Source: a virus
IMG/VR virus record: IMGVR_UViG_3300034200_001536
Location: 1-64,000 of that record
DNA length: 64,000 bases
Direction: 5' to 3' (one strand)
Numbering within the stretch: the first letter of the stretch is position 1; every line of letters starts with the position of its first letter. A program made the translations under genes and the position numbers. Shown here one piece after another: positions 1-10,152 of the stretch. The notes beneath the pieces are model-generated. The model made no database searches and had not been told where the DNA came from. It saw only the letters and a program-made list of their open reading frames with translations.

Positions 1-1
1 A

Positions 2-112
2 GAAAGAGATAAGGCTAAAGAGGCGGCTGGGACACGTGTAAAAGAGGCAATAGAAGATAATAGAAAGCTATTATTAGATAGCAAACAGGAATTATTAAAC
101 AGAAAGCTATAA
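2..112 (+). CDS. hypothetical protein, 3' end only (ERDKAKEAAGTRVKEAIEDNRKLLLDSKQELLNRKL*)
   Basis: Open frame from the window edge to TAA at 110-112, directly before the next ATG. Confidence 0.6.
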   Translation, partial: ERDKAKEAAGTRVKEAIEDNRKLLLDSKQELLNRKL

Positions 113-113
113 A

Positions 114-482
114 ATGACTTTATTATTAAGTTTTTTGCTATTGGTATCTTTAATTGTTAACGGCGTGTTACTGTGGTATGTTAGAAAATTAATAGAGAAT
201 CTTAATTATGGCATTAAAAATGTTGATGAATTACAAAAGTTTCTCGATGAATATGTGTCTTTATTAGAACCACTAGCACAATTAGAAAATTATTATGGCG
301 AACCTGCTATTGATTCTGCTATTGCCAATACAAAACTAGCCATACAGGCTTGCAAGGGCTATAAAAATTCAATTATAGAAAGTCAAGATGAAGAAAACAA
401 AGAAAACGAAACTTCCGAAGAAGCTAAAAAGCAAGAAGTTGCCCCACAAAGAACAGCAACCATTGGCCCAATTAGCTCATAA
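114..482 (+). CDS. hypothetical membrane-anchored protein
   Basis: N-terminal hydrophobic helix, then coiled coil and acidic tail. Confidence 0.75.
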   Translation: MTLLLSFLLLVSLIVNGVLLWYVRKLIENLNYGIKNVDELQKFLDEYVSLLEPLAQLENYYGEPAIDSAIANTKLAIQACKGYKNSIIESQDEENKENETSEEAKKQEVAPQRTATIGPISS

Positions 483-1278
483 GCGTCCTAAAAGGTCATA
501 TAAAAAGCTTTTACAGCCCGTAAAGCCACAAGCTGCTGTTTTTAATTCTGCGCCTGTAATGGCTTTAAAAGCCCCTGAAACAAAGAATCAGTATTTTACC
601 AAGATTCACGAAGAAGCTATTTTAGAATACGCTTCTATATTAGACAATAATCGTAAAACTCATCTTTATATTAATCTTATTCAACCTGCTTTTAATGAGA
701 TGGTTGAAAAGATAGTTTATACCTATAAATTCAATAACTTACCTAATATTGATGATTTAAAAAATGAATGCAAGATATTTTTAACTACTATATTAGATAA
801 ATATGATACTTCACGTGGTTCCAAAGCTTTTTCTTATTTCTCAGTTATAACAAAGAATTGGTTTATACACAAAGTTAAAAAAAATAACAATAAAAAAGAA
901 GTATATATAGAAGATATTAAGGATACCGCTCAAGAAGAAGAATTGGTATATGAAGATTCTTATCTACATAGTCGTGAAAAAGAAGAGTTTTGGACTAGTT
1001 TAGAAAGTGAAATGCACGGCTGGTTTGATAAACGGCTTAAAGAAAATGAAGTAAAAGTCTATAAAGCTATTATTATGCTGTTTAAAGAAAGTGAAAGTAT
1101 AGAAATTTTTAATAAAAAGGCTATTTATCTGTATATGAGGGAAATTACAGGATTAAATACAAAGCAGGTAGTAAATAATCTAAAAAAATTCCGTCATAAA
1201 TATGAAGATTTTCGTCACAGATGGTTAAACGGAGAAATATCTCATATAAAACCGAGGGTTTACAGAGATGAGTACTAA
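388..1278 (+). CDS. gp55: late-transcription sigma factor (T4 gp55-like)
   Basis: Sigma region-2-like segment ILDKYDTSRGSKAFSYFSVITKNWFIH and N-terminal YFT..EEAILEY; start uncertain (388 overlaps the upstream gene; an in-frame ATG lies at 559). Confidence 0.75.
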   Translation: MKKTKKTKLPKKLKSKKLPHKEQQPLAQLAHKRPKRSYKKLLQPVKPQAAVFNSAPVMALKAPETKNQYFTKIHEEAILEYASILDNNRKTHLYINLIQPAFNEMVEKIVYTYKFNNLPNIDDLKNECKIFLTTILDKYDTSRGSKAFSYFSVITKNWFIHKVKKNNNKKEVYIEDIKDTAQEEELVYEDSYLHSREKEEFWTSLESEMHGWFDKRLKENEVKVYKAIIMLFKESESIEIFNKKAIYLYMREITGLNTKQVVNNLKKFRHKYEDFRHRWLNGEISHIKPRVYRDEY

Positions 1279-1567
1279 AAAAAGCCTAGAAGAATATATT
1301 GCAGAAGCGACTCATAATATACAAAACGACAGAGCAGTAACAAGCAAGCTTTTATTAGATTTAGTAGACCACATGAATAAGCATGCCGAGGATAAATATA
1401 CTCATAAAAACTTTGGCGAAATAGCTGCGATGTATTTAGAAACTTTACAGCGCTCAAATGAACAATTAGTAAAAGTTGCTGCAATCGTTCAACGCCAAGA
1501 GGGCGATAAAGAAGGCATGTCTAAGAAAGAGAAGGATGCCATATTTGATTTAATTCGTGAGGCCTAA
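1268..1567 (+). CDS. hypothetical helical protein
   Basis: 99-aa ORF overlapping the end of gp55. Confidence 0.75.
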   Translation: MSTKKSLEEYIAEATHNIQNDRAVTSKLLLDLVDHMNKHAEDKYTHKNFGEIAAMYLETLQRSNEQLVKVAAIVQRQEGDKEGMSKKEKDAIFDLIREA

Positions 1568-1570
1568 AAT

Positions 1571-2740
1571 TTGAGTGACGATTATCAAAAAATTAGTGAC
1601 ATACCAGTTATTGACACTAGCACCCAAGACAAAATTGGTCCCACACTAGATTCTCAACATACAAGTCTTGATAACGTATTAAGTTTATTAATTAAAGACA
1701 AATATACAAGAGATACGTTTAAAGGCATTTCTGGTTTTCAAGGTGTGATTTTAAGAGTAATAACAGAACCAAGACTTTTTGAATATAGCCCTAGAACAGA
1801 AATATTAAATCCTAATGGTTCTAGTCAAACAACGACTAAATATAAAGTATGGGTTTTAGGACCACTATATTCTATATTTCTTCAGCCGGAAACGTTTGAT
1901 GAAACTCCAGAAGATAAACTATTAATTGATGCATTGCCAGATTTTTCTATTAGTAAAAACATAGATGCTAATTTATCAGTCGGTGAAATAGTGTGGGTTT
2001 CTTTTAGTAATACAAGCAATTTTAAAGACCCAATTATACAATATTCTTTTTTTTCAACTTTAAAAAATACTGCTTCTTCTACTGGAAATAATGGTGGAAC
2101 AGCAATTTCTGTTACAAAACCAAGTACGGTTTTTTCTAATCAAAATGGTGCAAAACAAATAAGTCTAGATAAGATACCAGATACAGTCACCGAAGAAGAA
2201 GGATATGAAAGAGGAAAAAAAATAGACGAAAAAATTAAATTAAAACAAATCTATTCCTATTCTAGTAATGAGCGCATGCGCTCTGATGCGGCAGAAAGTT
2301 TTAATAAAATGGCTAAAGACGCAGCTGACAACGGAATTAAAATTATAGCTACAAGTGGATTTAGAAGTAATCAAACGCAAATAGGACTTTATAATGCGAG
2401 ATATTTTATTAAATATCCCTATGACTCAAAAGACCCCAGCAAAAAACCCCCTAGTAATTCGTTCATAAACGGTTATTCAGCAGCGGCTGCGTATCCCGGC
2501 TATAGTAATCATCAAAATGGCACCGCAGTTGATATAGATGTTGGCGTGCCTACAAGTACACCGCCTTCACAAAGATATATTAAAGCCGATACTAATAAGT
2601 CTTATTTATGGTTAAAAGAAAATGCCTCTAAGTATAGTTTTAATAACATAGAAGGAAAAAGTGTTACAGAGCCATGGCATTGGGTATATAAAGCTGTTTC
2701 TTTAAATGAACAAAATGCCAAAGACAATCCGGACGAATAA
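1571..2740 (+). CDS. baseplate-associated peptidoglycan peptidase (gp5-N-like region plus M15B/VanY-type domain)
   Basis: SGFRS...Q, AAYPGYSNHQNGTAVD (SxHxxGxAxD), WLKENASKYSF and EPWHW motifs; TTG start; lies among spike/baseplate genes. Confidence 0.8.
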   Translation: MSDDYQKISDIPVIDTSTQDKIGPTLDSQHTSLDNVLSLLIKDKYTRDTFKGISGFQGVILRVITEPRLFEYSPRTEILNPNGSSQTTTKYKVWVLGPLYSIFLQPETFDETPEDKLLIDALPDFSISKNIDANLSVGEIVWVSFSNTSNFKDPIIQYSFFSTLKNTASSTGNNGGTAISVTKPSTVFSNQNGAKQISLDKIPDTVTEEEGYERGKKIDEKIKLKQIYSYSSNERMRSDAAESFNKMAKDAADNGIKIIATSGFRSNQTQIGLYNARYFIKYPYDSKDPSKKPPSNSFINGYSAAAAYPGYSNHQNGTAVDIDVGVPTSTPPSQRYIKADTNKSYLWLKENASKYSFNNIEGKSVTEPWHWVYKAVSLNEQNAKDNPDE

Positions 2741-2746
2741 ACGCTT

Positions 2747-3631
2747 ATGAATGAAATAACTAATAAAAAATATGTAAATACTGGAAGCCTTAATGCTGAA
2801 ATCGGTATTAAAAGCTCTCCTCTTTATGAACCATCAAATGACCCTGTTTTTAATCAAACTAGTGCTGAAAAGGTTATACAAGGTAAAAACAATACTTTTA
2901 TAGTTTTGGGAAGAGATAGACCCGGTGGTATGGAAAGTGGTTATGGCGGTCTAGGACATGTAAAAGCAGGGGCTATTGATATAGTAGTTGGTAGAGTGTC
3001 TAATATAGATACTACAACTTTAGCTGGGCCAGTTAATTCTAACACTGGTGCAGACGCTGCAAGAGTATACTTAAGTCAAAAAGCAGATATAGATAAGTAT
3101 TATAATTTAGTTGATGGGAAAACCGGTCAATCAGAAGCGCTATCCGCTGTTGCTATTAAGGCCGATGCTGTTAGAATTATCGCTAGAGATTCTTTAAAGT
3201 TAGTAACAAATACAGATGCAAAATTATCTAACGGTGAAGATAGTTATTCTGGTACCGGCGTACAATTAATAGCTAATAACGACGATAGCGATATGCAGCC
3301 CATTCCAAAGGGTGAAAATCTAGTAGATGCTCTAGATGGTCTTATAGAAAGTATTGAACAATTAAATGGTCTTGTATTTGGATTTATGGAAATACAAAAA
3401 AAATACAATGACGCCATATCAGAACATACCCATTATTCTCCTTTTTATGGTCTAGAAGATTCACCAAGCCCCGCAACTTTAATTTCTGGTAAAGAAACTG
3501 CTCTACAAACGTTTTTAAAAGTTGAACAAGGATTAAAATCGCACATTAATAACTTAAAAAGTTGGAAAACGAGATATATATATAGTACTGGTACAAAATA
3601 CATTAACAGCTCTTATCATTTCTTAAATTAA
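2747..3631 (+). CDS. putative baseplate spike / gp5 C-terminal-like protein
   Basis: Beta-strand repeats (AVAIKADAVRIIARDSLKLV) and C-proximal HTH tripeptide matching the HxH metal site of spike tips; context. Confidence 0.55.
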   Translation: MNEITNKKYVNTGSLNAEIGIKSSPLYEPSNDPVFNQTSAEKVIQGKNNTFIVLGRDRPGGMESGYGGLGHVKAGAIDIVVGRVSNIDTTTLAGPVNSNTGADAARVYLSQKADIDKYYNLVDGKTGQSEALSAVAIKADAVRIIARDSLKLVTNTDAKLSNGEDSYSGTGVQLIANNDDSDMQPIPKGENLVDALDGLIESIEQLNGLVFGFMEIQKKYNDAISEHTHYSPFYGLEDSPSPATLISGKETALQTFLKVEQGLKSHINNLKSWKTRYIYSTGTKYINSSYHFLN

Positions 3632-3634
3632 CAC

Positions 3635-6600
3635 ATGTTTAATCCCGATTCATTAAAAATACCGGCTACTCCTAATTTTCCTACCCATAAGGCAAAAGAT
3701 AAAATCTTTTTTCTTATGACTGAAGATAGAATGCCGCCAAAAAAATCTTTTTCTTTTTCTAAAAGAACTCCAACAATTCAAGCTGATACGGAATTAATTG
3801 TCTTAGAACATGGTATTGGCGATGACGCAAAGTGGGCTAAAATAAAATATAATGATAATAAAATAGGTTATGTTTTTATTAGCGGAATTGAACCATTAGA
3901 AAAAACAAAGCCGTTTTTTCCACTAAATACTCAACCAGAAAATCAACCTAATCCCTCTGCAAAAGAAATTGATTGGACTACTCAACAACCAATGACCGTT
4001 TATGAAGATGAAAAAAACGGTGCTTATGTGGTACATTATGAATTAGTTGACGTTACAGGCTATAAAGATGATACCGAATTGCTTGGGTATATGTATCAAG
4101 CGAGAACAGAAGGTACAAAATTAATATTAGAGCATTATGGAAAGAGCGCGGATTATTCAATTCTTAATAATTTATTAGATAAATATTATTCTTTTTCTAG
4201 TGCTGAAGAATATACAATAAATCTAAGGCCTTGTTCTTCCTTAAGAGTATTAGTGGCAATACCAAAAAGATATTTAAATGCTAATTCGCCAGATTTAGTT
4301 TCTAATTCTCAACAATCACAGCCAGAGCCAAGTAGTGTAAAGGGGCCAGAAAAATTACCAGAAGATTCTTATTTTACTAGAACTTTTAAAGATTATGCAG
4401 AATATGAAGACTATTTTAATAAATTAATTGAAATATTAAATCATTATGATATTACGATGAAAACCAGATTATGGTCTATCGAACCAGACACCGTATCTGT
4501 TAATTTGAGCGATGAAGCAAATAAGATAAAAATGCTTCACGATTCAATAAATGAATTGATAAAGAAAAATTATCCACAAAACATAATAGAAGATAGGCCA
4601 GATATTTTTAGTAAACCAAGAGAAAGATGGCAGTATTCTCTTGATTTAGTTATAGATAAGAAAAACATTAGTTTAGCAACCATAAAATATTATAATCAAA
4701 ACATAAGATTAAATTTAACAAATGGTATAACTAATTTTCTAAATTCAGAAGAAGTTAAAAACAAAACTTCTATAAATTATCTTATCACTTTTGATTCTAA
4801 AACTGACTCTAGAGATGCCCTAAAAGAAGCATTAAAAAATGCTGCCACAGCAGCACAGGCAGGAGTAATTGCAGGCGCAACCGGTGTTGCTACTACCGCT
4901 TTAGCTGGTTTTGGAATTGGTTTATTAGGCGGAAATCCAGAGGAAGAAATAAAGAAGTTTTTAATTTCTAAACATTATCCTTTTATAACTAATATAAGCC
5001 CGCAACCAGTAGATTTATACAATTGTACCGTTGATACACTTACAAGAATAAAAGATTTAGCTTCTGTTAAGGTACCAAACGAAATTAAAAAATATGAACT
5101 ATTAAACAAAAAGTACGAAGCTGCACAAAAGAAAAAAGAAGCAGATTTATTTATTCGTTCTTTAACTGACTTAACTCAAGTTAAAGATAAAAATTTCCGT
5201 ATTTTATTTGGAATCGATAAACCAAAAGGTGATGCAAAACAGCAATTAAATGCTTATATAGCCGTAGCAAAATCTTTAGATTGGGCAAGATTTATAGGGC
5301 TTGCAACACAATGTCTATCTAAATCATTACCACCAGAAATTATAGCTGAACTTCTAAAAAAATATCAAGAAGCAAGAAAATATTTAGAACAAATGTTTTT
5401 AGCTACTGTCTGTAATCCGTATCTGAAAAATGGGTTAAAAATAATTAACGGCTTTGAATTACCTACTTTGCCAACGTATAATCCTAATCAATCCTTAGCA
5501 GACGAAATTGAGAGAGCAGTAATAAAACTACTTAACGATTTAATAGCAGAGGGAATTAAGAAAGCCTTAGAAGCAGCATCAAAGGCGTGCTTAAATGACC
5601 CAACTGCCAATTTTAATAATAATTTACCTTTTACTAACCCAATTGACCAAGCAGCTAATATAAATGACCCTGCTTTAAATGATTTATTGGATGACTTTTA
5701 TGGAAGTTTAAAGAATGGCACTGGCCCATTGAGTGAAACGGATAAGAATGCTGCTAAAGAAAAATTAAATAGTCTTATTGCTGATATAACTTCTTGCTTA
5801 ACGCTAGCAGAAATTTGCAAATTATATAAGGGCGAAAGTTTAAATGATGAAGTTTATCAAATTATTATCTCTTTAGTAAAAAGAAAGTATGGCTCTCCAT
5901 TCACTGAAAAATTTAATAATAGAGAATATATTAATTATTTCTTTAGAACCCTAGGAAGTAGATTAGACTTATCGGTATGCCCTGATGTAATCGCTGGTGA
6001 AGGACCAATTGGAACTGCTAATATTCTTTGTGACGATGGACGAGTACAAAATTTAAGAAAAGATATACTTTCCAATAAAGGTTTGTCTCCAGAGATGATA
6101 GACTCCTTATTAGAGGACATTAGGAAAAAAGAAACAAAAAATCTTGAAGATGTATTGAAAATTTTGAATTCTGACAATCCTTTTGATTTTTCTTCTGCTC
6201 CCGATTTAGGCTGTAAGGTATTTCCCAACGGCGAAACAATTGGACCTTCAGCAGACAGCTTTAACCAGATGCTAAACACTATGTTTGGTAGTGTATATAA
6301 TACGTTTGATAGAGAGGCAGAAGAATGGTATAAAACAACTTATTCTATTAAAAATGGCTCAAAACCAAACTTTTTAGAATTTGTTAACGGCGAGATAAGG
6401 CCAAAAGAAAATATTATTATCCCATCAGAACAAGGGGATGCCGTTAGGGCAAATTCTGGAAAAGACACACCAGAAAAACAAGAAGAAAATTCAAATAAAT
6501 CAACTGGCGCTGGTTCTGATGAAGTAAAGTTACCTTCTTATATGTTTAAAGATGCTTTGAGCGTAAGAAGAGAGGCGGTACTTAATTATTTAGTAATCGA

Positions 6601-9600
6601 TAATAGTAAATATTTAAGATACTATCAAACATTAGATGGCAACAAACAGCAAAAATTAGATATTGATGTTATTCAAGATAATCTAAGGGATGAAATACAA
6701 AAGGGTGAAGCGTTATTATCTACTTTCGTACACCAGTTTTTAAATGTACTAAATAGTAAATTAGGTGTCGAACGAATATCAGCTTTAGCAAATGTTGCTG
6801 ATAATACTTTTATAAATAATATTAATTCTATTATTTCTGTCTTAAGAGCGTTTGATATCTATGCTAGAAGTAACATAGCTGATTCACAAGACACCACTCT
6901 AAGATTAAATAATCTATACAAACAGCTGAATTTAGGAAGTGCTCAAGAAGCAAATGCTCTTTTTGCCGCAGAAGAGGGAGCGGCCGTATATTTAAGCGTT
7001 TGCGCACAAATAGAGGCCAATAGACAAAAATTAGAAGAAGTTATACCACTAACAACAAATATTAATTCAGCAGATAGCGCTTATTTATCTTCTAATATTG
7101 CACTTTATAATAATTTTAACGATTTATTAGAAGCCACCTTAACACAATATAGAACTGTACAAAGATACTATAAAACAGTTTTAAAGTCCAAAGTAGCATA
7201 TCCAGATTTTAGCTTGGAATATTTAACTGCATTACAAAAAATTAATTTAAGAAATGGTTTGCAAATACCGACCTATTATAGTGGCTCACTGTACGATTTA
7301 CAACAAATAAATATTACAAAAAATAGCAAAAATTATATTAAAATTACACAAGCAAATCAAGTAGATACAGATATTGTAAATTATATTACTAATAGTATTT
7401 CTTCTGGTGGTTTAGGTATTAATGATTTAGAAAACAAAACTAAAGAAGATATATTTAACTCTTTTATAGCTAAATCAATTGCAAATTACGGCTTATCAAA
7501 TCCTAATTCTGGCATATTTTTAAGTATTGACACTCCCTACGAACAATTTAAGTTTTTAAATGAAAAAATATTTGATAATTTTAAACAAAGAATTAATAGA
7601 AAAGAAAATAAATTTCTATATCTTAAAGATTCTAACGGTATAATTTCTTCTGCCATAGCAGAATCTGGCAGCGGTCAACCGTTTACTCAATATTTAAAAC
7701 TAGTTGTTAAACAAACTCCACAACAAAAAGCATGTGGTATTCGACCACATTATCTAGATATCGATTCTATTAAAAAAGATATTTCTGACGAAAAGGCAAA
7801 AAATGTTTGTGTAGAAAAAATAATAGACGAAAAAATTAAAAATAACGAACCCGTTAATTCTAGAGAAATAGAAAATATGCAAACAACAGGCACGCAAAAG
7901 ACTATGCTTGCTGGCGCCTATAGATTAACGCTACGTACGTTCTTACATGATATTATTTTAAGGTCTATTGGCATTTTTGGAAATTATGACCCGCAATCTC
8001 TAAGAGATGAACCAGCATTTATACAATTTATGACTGACATTGTTGAATCAGAAATGCGCGGGATGGATAACATATTTTTTAATATGATGACTAGTTTCTT
8101 ATTACAAAAATATAAAGAGGAAAATCCAGATGAAGAAATTTTAAATGAAACATTAAAGAAAAGACAATTGTTATTTAGCTTAGTAAAAACAGAATTATCA
8201 GATTATGTTTTACCAAAATTAGCAAAACGCATTGATGTTGATACAAATATTTCTTTAGCTATCAATACGCCGCCAGATAATCCAATTAAATTAATTAATG
8301 TTCATGAAGACGCTTTTAATTTAGGTATTTTAACTGTAAAAAATAAAGCAATATATATAAAAATTAAAATTAAAGTATTAAATAACAACAGCACTAATTT
8401 TAATGTCTTAACAAATCAAAATTCTATTGAAATAGAGCAAAAGATATATGAGAATTTAAATGCTAGTAATGATACTGCTGTTAAATTAGAATTTATAAGT
8501 AAGATAGAATATGATTTCTTATTTAAATATATTTTTCCTCTAACACAAGTTTTAAATTATTTCTTTATTCTTAATTGCCTATCAACTACCACTAGACGAC
8601 AAATAGTACAAGCTTTTAAAGATACAAAAAAAGATATTATTCTTACTACTAAATTGATTCAAACCAATGGCCAGCGAATTATACCAGACCCTAATAATGC
8701 TCAAGCTGTAGGAGATTTTAATATAGCGGAAATAATGGCTAAATTTGTTATTAAAGCACTCATTAAGACACCTATTTCAATTATTAAAGGTATGGCAGAA
8801 GGTTCAGAGCCAAATATCGCCTTAATATCTACTGCTTATAAAGCAGCTAAGGTTTTTAAGCCCGATTTAACTTCGTTTATGATACCAGCCGCCTCTATAC
8901 CACTTGGCACTATCCCAACTCCAATTACTTGCCCGTTGCCATATATTAATCCAATATTGGCTGCTACATATTTTGGAACATTGGCGTGGTACGATGATGG
9001 TTTCCCAGATGGCAGTAAAAATATTCTTGATGCTTTAGATAATTTAGAAAAAAATATTGGTAAAGAAGAAATTGTATGTAATTCGGATACAAGAAATGAG
9101 GATATATATTATTTATCTAACGGACAGGCCATAGGAGTTGGAAACTATAATCTTCAAGCAAATCAAATATTTACAAATATATATGGTGAAACAACGCCAG
9201 AACAAGCAGTAGAACAAATTAAACAAGGGTTGATTGAAAATGTAATCATTACTATATTTAATGAATTAAAAGAACAATATTCTTTAGATGAACAAACAAT
9301 AAAATCTGTTGTTAGGAAACAGGTTAATAATTTTAATATTACAACAACATTAGACAAAAATTATAACAAAGCAAAAGATGAGGCAAAGAAAGAATTACAA
9401 GCTATTTTAGATTCTAGAACACCATTACTAACTAAACTAAATGCTAGTTTAGACTTTGTTACTGGCTTTACAACTGAAGATGAAAATCAAGCTAGTATAA
9501 AGGGCGGCGTTTACTTAGATGCTTGGATATTTGTTAAAAAACCAACAACATATTTAGCATTTGAACAGATAGTTAAAGAAGAATACGATAAGTTTATTAA

Positions 9601-9742
9601 TGAAAAAATTACTGCTTCAGGAGCTACTGTTAATTCAATAACGTTACCAATACTATACGCCACTGAAGCCTCAAAAGAAGGACAAACAATTAAAGATTGG
9701 TTAAGAACTCAATTAGTAGGAATTAAGTTTTACGGAGAATAA
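3635..9742 (+). CDS. 2035-aa virion structural protein with N-terminal SH3-like domain
   Basis: LIVLEHGIGDDAKWAKIKY...IGYV resembles SH3b; located between spike gene and gp25. Confidence 0.6.
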   Translation: MFNPDSLKIPATPNFPTHKAKDKIFFLMTEDRMPPKKSFSFSKRTPTIQADTELIVLEHGIGDDAKWAKIKYNDNKIGYVFISGIEPLEKTKPFFPLNTQPENQPNPSAKEIDWTTQQPMTVYEDEKNGAYVVHYELVDVTGYKDDTELLGYMYQARTEGTKLILEHYGKSADYSILNNLLDKYYSFSSAEEYTINLRPCSSLRVLVAIPKRYLNANSPDLVSNSQQSQPEPSSVKGPEKLPEDSYFTRTFKDYAEYEDYFNKLIEILNHYDITMKTRLWSIEPDTVSVNLSDEANKIKMLHDSINELIKKNYPQNIIEDRPDIFSKPRERWQYSLDLVIDKKNISLATIKYYNQNIRLNLTNGITNFLNSEEVKNKTSINYLITFDSKTDSRDALKEALKNAATAAQAGVIAGATGVATTALAGFGIGLLGGNPEEEIKKFLISKHYPFITNISPQPVDLYNCTVDTLTRIKDLASVKVPNEIKKYELLNKKYEAAQKKKEADLFIRSLTDLTQVKDKNFRILFGIDKPKGDAKQQLNAYIAVAKSLDWARFIGLATQCLSKSLPPEIIAELLKKYQEARKYLEQMFLATVCNPYLKNGLKIINGFELPTLPTYNPNQSLADEIERAVIKLLNDLIAEGIKKALEAASKACLNDPTANFNNNLPFTNPIDQAANINDPALNDLLDDFYGSLKNGTGPLSETDKNAAKEKLNSLIADITSCLTLAEICKLYKGESLNDEVYQIIISLVKRKYGSPFTEKFNNREYINYFFRTLGSRLDLSVCPDVIAGEGPIGTANILCDDGRVQNLRKDILSNKGLSPEMIDSLLEDIRKKETKNLEDVLKILNSDNPFDFSSAPDLGCKVFPNGETIGPSADSFNQMLNTMFGSVYNTFDREAEEWYKTTYSIKNGSKPNFLEFVNGEIRPKENIIIPSEQGDAVRANSGKDTPEKQEENSNKSTGAGSDEVKLPSYMFKDALSVRREAVLNYLVIDNSKYLRYYQTLDGNKQQKLDIDVIQDNLRDEIQKGEALLSTFVHQFLNVLNSKLGVERISALANVADNTFINNINSIISVLRAFDIYARSNIADSQDTTLRLNNLYKQLNLGSAQEANALFAAEEGAAVYLSVCAQIEANRQKLEEVIPLTTNINSADSAYLSSNIALYNNFNDLLEATLTQYRTVQRYYKTVLKSKVAYPDFSLEYLTALQKINLRNGLQIPTYYSGSLYDLQQINITKNSKNYIKITQANQVDTDIVNYITNSISSGGLGINDLENKTKEDIFNSFIAKSIANYGLSNPNSGIFLSIDTPYEQFKFLNEKIFDNFKQRINRKENKFLYLKDSNGIISSAIAESGSGQPFTQYLKLVVKQTPQQKACGIRPHYLDIDSIKKDISDEKAKNVCVEKIIDEKIKNNEPVNSREIENMQTTGTQKTMLAGAYRLTLRTFLHDIILRSIGIFGNYDPQSLRDEPAFIQFMTDIVESEMRGMDNIFFNMMTSFLLQKYKEENPDEEILNETLKKRQLLFSLVKTELSDYVLPKLAKRIDVDTNISLAINTPPDNPIKLINVHEDAFNLGILTVKNKAIYIKIKIKVLNNNSTNFNVLTNQNSIEIEQKIYENLNASNDTAVKLEFISKIEYDFLFKYIFPLTQVLNYFFILNCLSTTTRRQIVQAFKDTKKDIILTTKLIQTNGQRIIPDPNNAQAVGDFNIAEIMAKFVIKALIKTPISIIKGMAEGSEPNIALISTAYKAAKVFKPDLTSFMIPAASIPLGTIPTPITCPLPYINPILAATYFGTLAWYDDGFPDGSKNILDALDNLEKNIGKEEIVCNSDTRNEDIYYLSNGQAIGVGNYNLQANQIFTNIYGETTPEQAVEQIKQGLIENVIITIFNELKEQYSLDEQTIKSVVRKQVNNFNITTTLDKNYNKAKDEAKKELQAILDSRTPLLTKLNASLDFVTGFTTEDENQASIKGGVYLDAWIFVKKPTTYLAFEQIVKEEYDKFINEKITASGATVNSITLPILYATEASKEGQTIKDWLRTQLVGIKFYGE

Positions 9743-9746
9743 TTAA

Positions 9747-10124
9747 ATGCAAGGATATTCACCAAAATTACCATTAATATATGACAAAACAAATGACGGA
9801 GTTTATGCACTAAATAAAACCATCCTAGACACAATAAGACAAAATTTAAAAATGCTTATTTTAACAAGTCCCGGTGAAAGAGTGATGGATTCTAATTTTG
9901 GTGTTGGAGTAAGAAACTTTTTATTTGAACAAGATATTCAGGCGGTACGTGACCAATTGCAGAGAAAAATTACTAATCAAGTATCAATATATTTAAATTA
10001 TATAACCATAACTGAAATAAACATTTCACCGCCCGGCAGTAATGACCAAAATATCATGTTCTTAAATATACGTTATGTAGTTCCAAGTTTGAACGTAAAT
10101 GATGAACTAAATATTGAATCATAG
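9747..10124 (+). CDS. gp25: baseplate wedge subunit (gp25/GPW family)
   Basis: IRQNLKMLILTSPGERVMDSNFGVGVRNFLFE motif. Confidence 0.9.
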   Translation: MQGYSPKLPLIYDKTNDGVYALNKTILDTIRQNLKMLILTSPGERVMDSNFGVGVRNFLFEQDIQAVRDQLQRKITNQVSIYLNYITITEINISPPGSNDQNIMFLNIRYVVPSLNVNDELNIES

Positions 10125-10125
10125 T

Positions 10126-10134
10126 CTATTTATA
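10126..10134 (+). promoter_or_regulatory. putative late promoter CTATTTATA
   Basis: Recurrent intergenic motif upstream of structural genes; followed by GAGGA RBS. Confidence 0.6.
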
Positions 10135-10152
10135 TTATCGAGGAACAAATAA

